Positions 41,003-55,530 are shown, numbered from the stretch's first letter. The stretch: 64,000 nucleotides of DNA from Raja brachyura (GCA_963514005.1 OY740790.1:63488001-63552000), one strand, 5' to 3'. Program-made: numbers and translations. The notes: generated by a model from the sequence alone, not told the origin.

Positions 41003-44000
41003 ATACTTCCAAGTGCAGGAACAGAGATAGGTGCAACCCACTGTTGGCAGTGTTGGTCTCAGTAGGAACTACACCTGACTGCTGGCAGTTACTACCACTG
41101 CTCTGGGCCGGAGAATGAAATCCACTCTCCCAATGGGAACTTTAAGAATCAGCCCGTGAAATTTTCAATTCCTTAATGCAAAAACAGAAGGAGACTGTTG
41201 TCTGGTATTATTCACCCTGGTTTTACATGTCCAAAATAATATACAAATTATAATTATGGCTTGAATTGTTCCAAACTTTATTTTCGTTCAGTTTGGGGCA
41301 TTGTTTTTTTTTTAAATTAGCACCCAGCTAAATCAAATTGTTTGTTTTATTAAAAAGAAGTCAAGTGCATTTTTGATGGAGAACATCATGAAGCAAGTCA
41401 GAGATTAAATTACTGAGGGATCATCTGGTGAGGCTTTATGGGTGGAGCAGAGAAATAAGAAGGGATGATCACTTTGAGACCTGGCAATATCCTTGTAAAC
41501 CTTCTCTACACTCTTTCCAGCTTAATGACATATTTCCCATAGCACGATGTCCAAAACTGAATATAATACTCCAAGTCAGCTTCACCAACGTGTTGTAACA
41601 GTGACAAGAGTTACAACTTCTATGGAGAACTGCAGATGCTGGAATCGTGTGTAGAATATTCAAGAGCTGGAGTAATTCAGTGTGTGAGGTAGCATCTCTG
41701 GAGGACATGGATAGGCTTCTCCATGTCTTCAGAGATATTGTCTGATCCACTGAGTTACTCCAGCACATTGTATGTGTCCCAACCTCTATACTTAATTGTG
41801 TAGGAAGGAACTGCAGGTGCTGGTTTAAACCAAAGATAAACACAAAAAGCTGGAGTAACTCAGCGGGTCAGACACTATTTCTTATTTAATCTTTTAATCT
41901 ATACTCAATTCCCTGACTGATAAGTGCCAAAAGCCACCTTCACCACCTTATGTACAGGTACAGTGCCACCTTCAAGGACTTAGGCACTTGTATTTCTAGA
42001 TCCCACATTACATTATGTTGTTAAGTATCCAATTTGAACAATGGTTTTAGGATCTGTTGCTGCTGCTTGGTTTATGGTCATTTTAGTCCAACAATAAAAC
42101 AAAATTGCTGGAAGCATTCAGTAGGTGAGACAACATCAATGGAGATGGAAACAGAGTTAAGGTTTTGGGTTGATGACCCTTTATCATTTGAATCCAGCTT
42201 TGACTAATAGTCTTCAGTGACGACATTTATGTACGCGTGCCTATGTAGCAAGAGAGCGGTAATGGTAACTGACTCAATAAGAATGTTTTCACTATACTAC
42301 ATGTTATCTATTCAAATGTAGCAACAAATCTTCAAGAATCTTTCAACCAAAACTGGGTAGACAGAGATGGGTAATGAACACTGTCTCCTCCAAGACATGC
42401 AGTGCCTTGACTTCAAATTGCATAACCAATCACTCATCCAAGATTCTACACGTGTGGACCTGGTAAAGTATCTTCACCATATCCTCAGCAGCAACTGAAG
42501 ATTTTGATGCAATTTAAAATAATAAGCTAAGAAAGTTGTTTCCAGTTTTGATAATGGCTCATTGACCTCAAAATATTACCATCGATTTCTCTCTCCAAAG
42601 ATGCTGTCTGACCTACTGAGAAACCCTTTTCACTTTTTATTGGTAAATTCCAACAACTACAGGCTTTTTTGCTTTTCAAAATCACAACATTGTTTCCTTG
42701 ACAACAGCTCAGTATCTGCATCACAAAACTAAGTCTTGCATCCCAAGGTGAAGGGCCTTTGACCTTTTGTTCACATGATGTCTGCTAAATTTACAAGAAG
42801 CTATTTCACCTTTCGACGGATTGTAAATCTATAGAACTGACCTTCAGATTAAACAGCCCTCATTCACCATATTCACACCCATTATATTAAAAAAAAAGAC
42901 TTTATCAACAACTACAATACCGCAAGCAATTTCAAGGAAACATCAAAATAAAAAAAAAACAGATTCAGCAGAAATAATCCGATCACCTCTGTCAGGTTCA
43001 ATTCAGAGCCCTCTCACTTTTCATCTTTAGTGCATTAATCGCCCCAGGTGTTATTTAAGAATTATATACAGCCTCCAGAAAAAAAAGCCTGCTATTTATT
43101 AAATGTCTTGAGCAGTTCACTTGCTTAAAGATTATAAATGTATGTTTTCTTAGGTAACCTTTCTTAGCTTATAGAGTGGATAGCTGATATCCATATCTCC
43201 TGCTTCTTAACTTTGCTAATTTCAGTGAGAACACATTTATTTTCCCAAACCTGTCACATACAGGTTCACTTTTCTAGGGAAGCTGTTCAACGCTAAACAT
43301 TTAGATATTTTTTTAAAACATAGCCTGTGTGCCTGCTAATGCATAATAACATTTTTCAGTCTATTTCATGTTGACTGAAGGTGTCGAAGAGCAAGGGATT
43401 TCTATTTTCCCTGCCTCAATAACACTGTTTTTTTTTTTTAATTCCACCAAGGTGTTTGAGCAGAATGTCTGGAACTTCCTCAGCTGGATATTGAAATAGA
43501 GAAATTAAGTGAAAGGCTAAATTTGGAGGCATTTCACAGGAGCCTTCTTATGCAGCATCTTCCCCGCCATTTGAAACGCCTGATGATACTTTACATTTTC
43601 ATAAAACCGACATATTTAGGATTATAATAAGACTGGAAATACTCCGATTCGTCAACATCTGTGGAGAAATTATGGTTCACATTGATGAACTTCCATGAAC
43701 TCCAAGACTCGGTAAAATAACTGCCACAATATAATACATGCACGCCTAATCCACGCTGGCCTCGGTTCCTCTTCCATACCATTTCTCCTTACCTCTCCAT
43801 TCTTCAATCTACCATATCTACCTCTTCCACTTCAAATATTTCTAATGATTCAGCTTCCACCACCCACTGGGATAGAGAATTCTAGAGATTGATGACCCCC
43901 AAGAGAATGACTGACCCTTCATTTTGTTGTTATGTCCCATCGTTCGAGACTTTCTCACTAGCGAAAACATCCCAACATTTAACCTGTTAAGCCCCCTTAG

Positions 44001-46274
44001 GATGCTATATATTTGAATAAGGTTACTCAAACTATTTAGTCTCTCTTCCCATGAATTAGCCTAGTCAATTTGCACTGCCTTCAATGTTACTATCTTTTTT
44101 TCAGTTAAAGAGACCAAAAATATGCACCATTCCAGGCGAGGTCTCACCAACACCCTATTCAATTAAATTCATGTGTGTTTAATTGTCATATGAACCGGGA
44201 TTGGATCAATGATGTTGTTGCAGATTTACAGGCACATTAATGAAACATAAATAACTATAATAAACAATAATGTAATACATTTTCAGTTATGCATGGTAAC
44301 CAGTCCATAACAGCCAACAGCCTCTCTAGCACAAAAAAGGCTCAGGAAAATATCACAGCTATAACCATAACCAAAGAAAACATCACCTAAGATAGTTTGC
44401 TCAGTGTATTCTCCCCCATTAGATTATTCATCCCCTCCACCGGCAACGCTGCGTTTACAGTAAGTACACCCAGTTCAGCAAGTAAATATCTTGCAGCCGG
44501 ATGGCTGTTTAAGTATCACTTGGACATGGTAAATATACTTTCTCTTAATACTGATGCCAGGATAATAATCTCATATAAACATAAAGTAGTAAAAAATCGC
44601 AAATGCTGAATAACGTCTTTTCTGTCACTAGGATATGATCCAATATCCAGAGACCGAATACGAACTGAAGTTTCCAACCTATTGAGCAAGAAATACTAAG
44701 CAGCTGTACTAATACAAATTAATTCCTCAGAATGTTGTGAGCCACACTAAAGCAATAATGTTAAAACATGGATTATAAAAATAAATCCCTTTATTTACTA
44801 CGATAATCAGGAGAAGTGCTTGTCATTTAATCTGTTAGAAACCATACAAAGGGTGATGAAATAGCACCATGCAAGCCACAGTCACCCCTCTAACTGTTCA
44901 AGTGCAGCTCCCAGAGATTCAATGAATGCATACCATTTGGGGAATAATTTCATCACATATATATTGGGAGCTATGATGTCTAATACACATTTGTCTGCTA
45001 ACCCCAAAATGGATGGTGGGATGATGGACTCTTATCCAGCCTGCGTTTTCACCTAATCGCAGGAGCCCGGGCATAAAACACTTGCATTACAGGATTATGG
45101 CTTCATTTGGCTACAGTGAGACTCAGCCAGGGCAAGTAAACATTATGCATTTGTAGAATACAGTACTAGTGCATTACTGTGTGCTCACTAATCAAATATT
45201 TAAATGTCGGCACTCAATACGGAAGTTGACAACAAAACTGGTTTCATGCCATATTGATTGTGTTATATTCTGAAGGAGTCCTTAAAGAATATATGCATCA
45301 AGAGCGGCAAATATATAGACAAACAGAAAATAGACAAATAAAGCAAGTTAAAATTTCCAAAAGAACTTACAATTAGGATGGAGACTCAAGGCCTCTAGTT
45401 TCAATAGCAATGACACAGCAAATATTAAATGTTCCTCAATTAATGTATTGAGGTGGAGTCTTAGTAATAGGAACGTATAAAACAATTGTGCGTCTTGCAA
45501 TTCCCAAACCTCTTGACATTATTGTACATGACTCCAAAATGCCCTCAAGTTTGAGCCTGCATTATCTACTCCAAAACAAGTGCCTTTTGAACAACTATTT
45601 TGTCTTATCAATGAATGTCAGATTAAAGGGAAGAGTCAGAAAAGTCAGTGAATGGCAGATTAAAGGGGGAGCAGAAACCACTTAAAATGCTACTTCTGCT
45701 TGGGATGTATTTCATCCTACAAGCAGTTGTGGTCTACTGAAAGCTGAAAAGTTAAATGTATTATGTTTAAGTAGTAGATGTCCATAGACAACAGCCTGAT
45801 AATTATTGTGAACACTTAATTTAATCACCACTAATAATTTGTAATTGCCAATATCTTGGTTAAGTGATAGTAATTTTCGAAGAGAGGTGATAATGTCTTA
45901 AATATTACATTTTCTGCCTTTAACCCTGATAAGATTCCCCTTTTACCAAATTGACCACCTTCATACACAAACATTTGCTTTACAGCATTAGCAACATTCA
46001 GATTTAATCAGTGCTATAGTATAAACCACTGTGGTATGTCCCAAGGTTGCCAAGAAACCTATACAAATGTAATTTATTCAGATAATTAATGTAACTGATT
46101 GGGTTGGGAAGGGTTAACTCATGTCTGCCATGGGAAAGAATGTTCATTGCTGTGAATTTGAAAGTCTGTTGTTTTGAGTCCAATTGGGAAACAATGTGAA
46201 GTAGCATTTATGATTAGTTTAAATCAAATCTCCCACACACACCAACACATACCACAACTGTTGGAAACACTTAC

Positions 46275-46478
46275 TGCAAGAAGTATTTAAACTGTGAAGG
46301 CTTGAAACTCTCCACAGGGATGATTGATGGACAGTTCTCAGCCTCTTCTTTCAAGTGCTTTTCAGAAACTCTCGAAAAAAACTCTGGAACCCTTGCAAGC
46401 AGCACGGCTCTGTGGGCCTTGAAGACAGCTGCACCCACATGGAATGTGACATCTGCTTGAGTTCCTTCTACAAGAAGC
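46275..46478 (-). CDS. BTBD8: BTBD8-family coding exon 2, first BTB domain
   Basis: cccaaaag| ... |gtaagt, 204 nt. Peptide LLVEGTQADVTFHVGAAVFKAHRAVLLARVPEFF...FKYFLQ carries the BTB signature. Not in the ORF track. Confidence 0.93.
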
Positions 46479-49243
46479 CTTTTGGGAACAAAAAACAGAC
46501 AAATTGTGCAATATTGCTTCTGGAGCTCCTTGGATTTTAAAAATATATAATTAAACAGTCAGAGTACCTATTGAAATATTATTTCTGCAATAGGTATAGT
46601 GGATGCTGTAGTATATATAATGTATAATATAGTAGAGTGTTGAACATCATACAGTTTTAAAAATTAGTGTCCCAATAACCAAGAACCAGATCCATGTATA
46701 ACCAGAATGAATTGTAAATGTTATACTATTGCATTGAGTTAATAATTCATGATTACAAGCCTTATTAATTTTATTTTTGTCTTAAACATATCTATGAAGT
46801 GCAAGATTAGCACAGACTTATTTTACTAATTGTTCATGCCTCCACCCACCCATCACCATTTTGCACACATGAACAGTCAATGAAACATCAGTGCACAATT
46901 CAAACAGCATTTAAAACTCCAAGAGAGATGTTTCATTATATGCACATCTCTCTGGAGAAATGTTTTACTGCCATATCTTAAATAAATTCATTTTCATTTG
47001 AGCCTTTAGTGAGGGGATTGTGAAATAGTGAGAAAGTATTTACAATTTGCACTTATCAGTTATTCCTTTCTCACAATACTCCTCCTCCAAAAACAAAATC
47101 TACCTTCTAGATTTAGTCAGTTTCAGAATTGACCATTCTCAACACTAATCAAACCTATCTTGGCAACTCCCATTTATCCAATTTAAACTCTCACCTGTAA
47201 GGTCATAAGTGATAGGAGCAGAATAAGGCCATTCGGCCCATCAAGTCTACTCCGCCATCCAATCATTGCTGATCTATCTCTCCTCTTAGCCACATTCACC
47301 TGCCTTCTCCTCATAACCCTCGACACCCGCATATATAGCCAACCAGAGCTAAGCAAGCTACGAGAAAAACAAATGTATTTCCAATAAGATGCAATCCACT
47401 TAGGTACAATTTGACCTATAATTCTTTAATTTCTGAATATTGGAGAAAAAAAAAATCCCTCAAAGAGACTCACTTCTAATATTTCATCCAACAGATCATT
47501 GTCTGAGATCAAATCCTCTTCATTTTCAAATTAATATTCATGGACAAACTCAAATTAATATTCCATCCATCATAAACTCATAAATCAAGACAGAAGCTCA
47601 CTACATTCAACCACAGCAGGGCATGTAATTACTTCTGCAGGCGGTATCATGGTCAGAATCTAATCAGCCAAATTTCCTTTATTTACAATAAAGCTCCAAG
47701 GACACTTGTTCCTAACAGTTGCCACGGAATAATGTCTTCCTTTCCCCGTTGTTATTTTTAGGTTTAAGTTCATTATTGTCATGTGCACCAAGGTACAATG
47801 AAAAGATATCGTGCATGCTATCCAATCATATCAGACAATACTAAATATCAATGCAATCAAGACAAACGCAAGTACAATAGCTAGCCAATGTTCACAATGA
47901 GGTAGAGGCGAATTGACTGTACACTAGCGTATAGAAGGACCGTCCAGAAGCCTGATAAGAGGGGAAGAAACTCCTACATCCTATTTTCATTATTTATTAA
48001 CAAAATACACTGGATACAAAATCTAATACATGAATGTATTCAGGCAATTTAAACAAAAGAACAACTTTTATTTAGAGTATTTTTTAAATTAATGACCTCA
48101 TGTTCATGTTCTCTCCTCTCCACAGTTCCTTGGTAACATATTGTAAATCACAGGTGAGTGGATTACTGCATCTATCCATGGTAGTTTACATACACTGCTA
48201 ATCAAGGTCACTGGATAAAGATCAGAAGCTAGATTTCTAAATCAAACACCCCAAAACCAATGTGTTGCAGTCACAACTGAAATTAACTACTTCAAAGCCT
48301 AAGGATTAAAGTTTGGTGATTACTAGCAACATCCTCATAAATCATTTTCGCATTTTTTCCAGCTAATTACATGTTTTCTATAGCAGGATGACCAAATGTA
48401 ACGATACCACTGCAAGTGCAGCCTCAACAATGTATTGTACAACTGCAACATACTGATCCAACTTCTATACTCAATACTCTGACCAATGAAAGCCAGTGTG
48501 CCAAAAGCCTTCTTCATCATCCCATGTATAAGTGCAACGCCACTATCAGTAAACTATGTACTTTGCATTCCAAGACCACTCTGCTCTAAAACACTCCTCA
48601 GGACCCTTCCATTTACTGTGCAGATCCTGTCTTGGCTTGATAACCAGGGTGGCAACAAATGACAACCTGATTGTTTCTGTGCACTAAAGACAAGAAAGGC
48701 TGACAAAGAACCTTCAACACAAAATAGTAGTTAGGGTAAAAGAACCAACAAATCCATTGCAGCCTGAATACTCCAATTGTATATAGCTTGATCTTTCTCT
48801 CTGTTTGTGTCAAGAATCTTCACTTTTGCTTGCCATTCCTCACTTTCTTTTTTCTTTCATTAGTATATTGTGGCTTGCTGGGCATGTCCCAGTAAGACAG
48901 ACTGCTCAGAATTACCTAAACATTACAACAACATTAGCACTACAGCATACAGATAAACAATTGCCTTTTTAATGATTATAACCTACTATAGACAATGGCT
49001 TTGTTCCACCCACTGCCCTACCCCACTTACTTTGCTACCTGGACTAACTTGTTTTCTTTCCTCAGTTCTGTTGAAGGATCTTTGATCTGAAATATTAACA
49101 GTTTCTCTTTCCACAGATGCTGCATGACCTGCTGAGATTTTCCTTTCTGTATTACTAAAAAAATGCTTGAAAAGATAAAAGGATGTGTATTTATATTAAA
49201 TATTTGTTGTACCAAACCCAGTTTATAGGAAGGCATCGCATAC

Positions 49244-49416
49244 CTGAGAAGGTCCTTGTTTAACTGTGAAGCCAGGGTTTCTTTCAATATCTGTCTTTCG
49301 CTTCTAACTCTGTCTTGGAAACCTTTGCTGTTTTCCAGATTGGGAACTCTCTGCACAATTCCTCCATTCCATGTTGCCATTTCCAGGTCTCTTGATTGTT
49401 GTTTATACTCATTCAT
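49244..49416 (-). CDS. BTBD8: BTBD8-family coding exon 1 (exon starts at 49430; ATG at 49416, alternative ATG at 49380)
   Basis: Acceptor ttttaaatag|, donor CAG|gtatgc. Peptide ERQILKETLASQLNKDLLR resembles human BTBD8 ERRRLKATVSEQLSQDLLR (recalled). Ends phase 2. Confidence 0.85.
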
Positions 49417-49477
49417 CTCATGGTAACCATCTATTTAAAAAAATATTAAAATGAAATTAACCAATTAAGACAATACC

Positions 49478-51840
49478 ATGTAGGAAGGAACTGCAGATGC
49501 TGGCTTAAACTGAAGATAGACACAAAAAGCTGGAGTAACTCAGCGGGACAGGCAGCATCTCTGGAGAGAAGGAATGGGTGACGTTTTTCGGGTTGGGACG
49601 CTTCTTCAGACTGGTTAGGGATAAGGGAAACGAGAGATATAGAGAGATAAAGAACAATGAATGAAATATATGCAAAAAGGTAACAATGATAAAGGAAACA
49701 GGCCATCGTTAGCTGTTAGATGTGTGAAAACAAGAAGCTAGTGTGACTTGGGTGGGGGAAGGATAGAGAGAGATGAAATGCTGGGGCTACTTGAAGATAG
49801 AGGAATCAATATTCATACCACTGGGCTGTAAGCTGCCCAAACTAATATGAGATGCTGTTCCTCCAATTTGCGTTCAGCCTCACTATGACAATGGAGGAGA
49901 CCTAGGACAGAAAGGTCTGTGTGGAGGGTTACACAAAAAGCTGGAGAAACTCAGCGGGTGCAGCAGCATCTAAGGAGCGAAGGAGATAGGCGACGTTTCG
50001 GGTCGAGACCCTTCTTCAGACTGGTCAGGGATCAGGGAAACGAGAGATATAAACAGTGATGTGGAGAGATAAGGAACAATGAGTGAAAGATATGCAAAAA
50101 AGTATTGGTGATAAAGGAAGCAGGCCATTGTGTGGAAATTGGAAGGAGAATTAAAAGTGTTTAGCAATCGGGAGATCAGGCAGGTTCAGGCAAACCGAGC
50201 GAAGATGTTCAGCAAAACGATCGCCCAGTGTACATTTGGTCTCGCCGATGTATAATAATCCACATCTTGAGCAATGGATACAGTAGACGAGGTTGGAGGT
50301 GGTGCAAATGAACCTCTGCCTAACCTGAAAGGACTGTCGGGTCCCTGGACAGAGTCGAGCGATGGAGGTAAAGGGACAGGTGTTGCATCTTCTGCAGTTG
50401 CCGGGAAGGTACCTGGGGAGGGTGTGGTTTGGGTGGGAAGGGATGAGTTAACCAAGGAGTTGCGGAGGGAACGGTCTCTGCGGTAGGCGGAAAGGGGTGG
50501 AGAAAGGAAGATGTGACTAATGTTGGGATCCCGTTGGAGGTGGCGAAAATTTCAGAGGACTATGTGTTGTATGCAACGGCCGAATGGCCTCCTCCTGCAG
50601 GCTGAATGGCCTCCTCCTGCACCTATTTTCTATGTTTCTATTTATTGATGGGGGACGATCAGCCATGATCACAATGAATGGCGGTGCTGGCTCGACGGGC
50701 TGAATGGCCTCCTCCTGCACATATTTTCTATGTTTCTCTGATGGGGCAAAAGGTAAGGACTAGGAGAACTGTCTCTGTTGTGACTAGGGGGAGGGGGAGC
50801 AAGTGCGGAGCTGTGGGGTACCGAGGAGACACGAGTGAGGATCTCATCTATGATGGCAGAGGGGAACCCCAGTTTCATAAATAAAGAGGACATCTCAGAA
50901 GTCCTGGTATGGAACACCTCATCTTGGGCGCAGATGCGGCACAGTCGGAGGAATTGGGAGTAGGGGAGTCTTTGCAGGAAGCAGGGTGGGAAAACGTGCA
51001 GTCGAGATAGTTGTGGGAGTTAGTGGGTTTGTAATAGACATCAGTCGATAGTCTATTTCCTGTGATGGAGACTGTGAGATCAAAAACGGGGAGGGAGGTG
51101 TCAGAGATAGTCCAAGTAAATGTGAGTGCAGGATGGAAATTGGTGGCAAAGTTGATGAAGTCCTTGAGTTCTGCATGGGTGCAGAAGGTAGCACCGTCAA
51201 TGTAACAGAGATAGAGTTCGGGGATCGGGCCAGTGTACGCCTGGAACAGGGATTGTTGACCATACCCTACAAAGAGGAGAACATAGCTGGGGCTCATGCA
51301 GGTGCCCATAACTATTCCTTGAACTTGGAGGAAGTGGGAGGAGTCGAAGGAGAAGCTGTTGAGGGCGAGGACCAGCTGCGCTGGGCAGAGTAGAGTGTTA
51401 GTAGAGGGAAATTGGATGGTTGTGCAGTCAAGAAAGAAACAAAGGGCTTTAAGGCTTTCCTGGTGAGGGATGAAGGTGCAGAGTCACTGAACGTCCATAG
51501 TAAAGATGAGGGAGTGGGGGCTCGGAAAGCGGAGGTATCTTGGACATAGGTTGGGAGAGATTGGACTGGGGGGGGGGGGTGGGGGTGGAATATAGTGGAG
51601 TTGAGGTATGTAGAAATCATTTCAGTGGGACAGGAGCAGGCAGAAACAATGCCAGGGCAGTTGTGTTTATGGATTTTGGGGAGAAGGTAAAACCAGGCGG
51701 TGCAGGGCTGGGAAATGATAAATTGGGAGCCGTGAAAGGCAAACAGCCAGAAGTGATGAAATCAGAAATGGTCTGTGAGATTATGGTCTGGTGTTCGTCT
51801 GTGGGATAATGGTTCAAGGATATGGAGGGGAGGTGTCTGA
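49478..51840 (-). mobile_element. Penelope-like element (RT plus GIY-YIG), degenerate, with tandem terminal repeats and a nested CR1 3' piece (about 50580-50737)
   Basis: RT peptide MGTCMSPSY...LCYIDG...FHPALTFTW...TDVYYKPTNSHNYLD. GIY-YIG peptide LVYCIHCSRCGLLYIGETK at about 50230-50290. Repeated terminal blocks at 49480-49710 and 49925-50130. Confidence 0.9.
49992..50019 (-). ncRNA. Minimal hammerhead ribozyme core in the Penelope terminal repeat, intact
   Basis: CTGAAGAAGGGTCTCGACCCGAAACGTC on the minus strand. A degenerate tandem partner lies at about 49580-49609. Confidence 0.65.
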
Positions 51841-54052
51841 GAAACTATACCATTGCACTCGGCACAAAAGACCTGGATATATTATTGGGGACTCAGCAAT
51901 CTCCTTTCCAATATACTCAATTTGTAATTCAACAACCGATTACTGCAATCTGGGGGGATTCAAGAAGGAAAGTGGATATTACACACAGGTTCAGTCATAA
52001 TCCCTGTGCATGTTCCACCATGCAAAATCATCTGCAACATCCTATTCTTAAGGAAACAGCTTCTCTTTGCCTTAAAAGTTCTACTTCAATGTGTCCTGTA
52101 TTATTTCTTAGTACAATATGCAAATCACTAACAAACAATTAGAAATGGTAATTTAGTGATTTAAAATATGGATGAACATTTTCAGTGGAGATTCTAAACC
52201 AAACAGATATCAGATAGAAAATACAAAGCCTGTATTTAAATGTCAGGATATTTAAATGTCCTGCTATTTACAACCCACACCATATAGCAATGCTATTTGA
52301 CTTAATTACAAATACTTTCTTAACAATCCACAATACCTTTTAATATTAACCATTAAGCTACTGAAAAGTCAAAATAGTTTACACCGTACAAGCAGGCCTT
52401 TCATCCCATAATGTCCATTCCAAACAAGATGACAAGTTAAACTGTGTAGGAACGAACTGCAGATGCTGGTTTAAACTGAAGATAGCCACAAATAGCCGGA
52501 GTAACTCAGGGGACAGGAAACATCTCTGGAGAGAAGGTAAGGATGACTTTTTGGGTCAAGGCCCTTCTTCAGTCTGAAACGTCACCTATTCCTCTCTCCA
52601 GAGGTGCTGCCTGTCCCGCTGAGTTACTCCAACTTTTGTTTTTATGACAAGTTAAACTAATCTGAACTGCCTGCACGTGATTCATATCCATCCATTTTGT
52701 ATGCATTTCAAATGATCTGTTATTTTAATATCACACTTAAACACTTCGCAACTTTCATAATTAAAGAACTGACAACCTGAGAACAACCAAAAGCACTTTT
52801 CTGCTAAATACATGATTTTGGAATATAATTATCGTTAGCCGCAGTGCGGTGAATCTGTGGAATTCATTACCACATATACACGGCTGTGCAGGCAGTCTGT
52901 GCATATTTTTAAAGTGAAAGTTGTTGACAAGTTCCTGATTAGTTAGGGCATCAAAAGTTACAGGGAGAAGACAGGAGAATGGGGTTGAGAAGGAAATGTA
53001 GATCAGTTATGATTGAATGACAGAATATACTCGATGGGCCTAATGGCCTAATTCTGCTCCTATGATATAAACTTAGGTATTGAAGGAGACATAGCAGGAA
53101 ATTTGCACAAACCAAGATCCCATGGATAACAATGAGAAACACCCAGATTAACAATGCTAATTCAGCAAGATAACTTTCATACTTGCCTCCATAAATAATG
53201 CCATGTGGTTCTTCACATTCATCAGAAATACTAGACAAGCCTTATGTTTAATGCAAAACACAAAGTACTTGAGGAACTCAGTGGGTCATGCAAAATCTGG
53301 GAGTGAATGGGCAGGTGAAGTTTCAGGTCAGGACCCTTCTTCAGACTGATGTGTTGAGATCATCCAGCATGGTGTTTTGCTCAAGTTTCCAGCATCTGTA
53401 GTCTCTTGTGTCTCCTCGGTTTAAGGGAGTTCTGGTAGCAAGTAAAGCCTTCCTTCAGTATTACAGTGAGAGTTCTGCAGCCTAGCCACAACTGATATAT
53501 TTCCAGTGCAACACAGCCTTACATATTTATTTGGTTTTTACATTACTGAAGAAAGATGTTTGCAGCAATTTTAAACTATGTCAGGATTATGAACAGTACA
53601 ATTACAACAAGACTGTGCAATAATAGACATTCAAAGAAGCAAGTAATGGAAAATTCAATTTTATATGAAGTGCATCAAGATCGGTTGATGTAAAGTGAAA
53701 TTAAATGATGGGGCTTTAATGAAGCAATTAACCTGAATAATGAAACTCAATTAACTTATCATCCACAGCCTGCGTCGAATGATTAGTTTTAATCTACACA
53801 AACTGTTCCCATTTATTATGTGTCAGCTGCAACTTTGTTGGTAGGATTCTCATATAAATTTGAAAGTAGTGAATCTAGATCTCAATCCAAAATACCAAAA
53901 GCCGGCTGGGCATTCCAGCACAGAACAGAAGACACATGAGACAACAATGCGCTACCTTTAAACAAAACATTAAATCAAGGCCTTAAATGATGGATAAGAT
54001 CCCATGACAAAATACAGGAAATTTCAAAGGAGTTCTCATCAATCAACATTAG

Positions 54053-54860
54053 AGAGTCATAGAATGATACAGTGTGGAAACAGGCCCTTCGGCCCAACTT
54101 GCCCACATCGGCCAACAATGCCCCAGCTACACTAATCCCACTTGCCAGTGCTTGGTCCATATCCCTCCAAACATGTCCTATCCATATACCTGTCTGTCTC
54201 TTAAACAATGGGATAGTCCCAGCCTCAACTACCTCCTCTGGCAGCTTATTCCATACACCCAACAGCACTTTGTGTGAAAGTTACCCCTCGGATTCCTATT
54301 AAATCTTTTCCCCTTCACCTTGACCCTATGCCCTCTGGTCCTCAATTCCCCTACTAAGAGACTCTGTACATCTACCTGATCTATTCCTCTCATGATTTTG
54401 TACACCTCTATAAGATTCCCCCTCATCTGCGCTCCATGGAATAGAGACACAGCCTACTCAAACTCTCCAGAGAGCTTACATAGAAAATTGGTGCAGGAGG
54501 AGGCCAATCGGCCCGTCGAGCCAGCGCCATTCATTGTGATCCTGGCGGATCATCCCCAATGAATAACCTGTGCCTGCCTTCTCCCCTTATCCCTTAATTC
54601 CACTAGCCCCTAGACCTCTATCTAACTGTCTCTTAAATCCATCCATTGGCCTCCACTGGGTGAATGCACAACTCTCTGGGTGAAAACGTTTTTTCTCACT
54701 TCAGTCTTAAATGGCTTTCCCTTTATTCTAAAACTATGGCCCCTGGTTCTGGACCTGGCCCTAATCCTGACTCCATTCCTGGCAACCTCCTCATAAATCA
54801 TTTCGAAACTCTTTCAAGCTTGACAATATATTTTCTATTACATGGTGCTCAGAACTGAAC
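54053..54860 (-). mobile_element. Nested CR1 3' fragments (two subfamilies)
   Basis: Peptides RGNLIEVYKIMRGID and VWNKLPEEVVEAGT. A second CR1 3' UTR starts at about 54478. Confidence 0.8.
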
Positions 54861-54877
54861 ATAATATTATAAATGAG

Positions 54878-55530
54878 GCTTCTTCAGACTGATATCAGGC
54901 AGTGTGGGAGTGGGGGGGGGGGGGGGGGGGGGGGAGAAGAGAAAAGAAAGGAAGAGGATGAGACAGTAGGCTTTGTGGGAGAGCTGGAAAGGGGGGGAGA
55001 AAGCAAGGGCTATCTAAAATTACAGAAGTTGGCACCTGGAACAGCGGATGCGGTAGATGAGGTTGGAGGAGGTGCAGGTGAACCTCTGCCTCACCTGGAA
55101 AGACTGATTGGGTTCTTGGATGGAGTCGAGGGCGGAGGTAAAGCGACAAGTGTAGCATTTCCTGCGGTTGCAAGGGAAAGTACCCAGGGAGGCTGTGATT
55201 TGAGTGGGAAGGGATGAATTGACCAGGGAGTTATGGAGGGAACGGCCTCTGCGGAAAGCAGAAAGGGGAGGAGATGGGAAGATGTAGCCAGTGGTACGAT
55301 CCTGTTTGAGGTGGCGAAAATGTCAGCAGATTATATGCTGTATGCGACAGCTGATGGGGTGGAAGGCGAGGACAAGGTGGACGCTGTCCTTGTTACGAGT
55401 AGGAGGAGGGGCAGTAAGAGCAGAGCTGCGGGATATAGAGGAGACCCTGGTGTGAGCCTCATCTATAACGGAAGAGGGGTACCGCCCTAGTATGGAATAC
55501 ATCCTGGGCGCAGATGCAGTGTAAATGGAA
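54878..55530 (-). mobile_element. Penelope-like element 3' fragment
   Basis: Collinear with 50280-50950; starts at CTTCTTCAGACTG. Confidence 0.8.

Noticed and set aside
43591-43782. Coding-looking unique stretch
   Set aside because: The exon frames I tried contain stops. No recognisable homology, and the BTBD8 exon chain is complete without it.
46917-46957. Small hairpin CTCCAAGAGAGATGT...ACATCTCTCTGGAG
   Set aside because: Short and bulged; within chance expectation for 64 kb.
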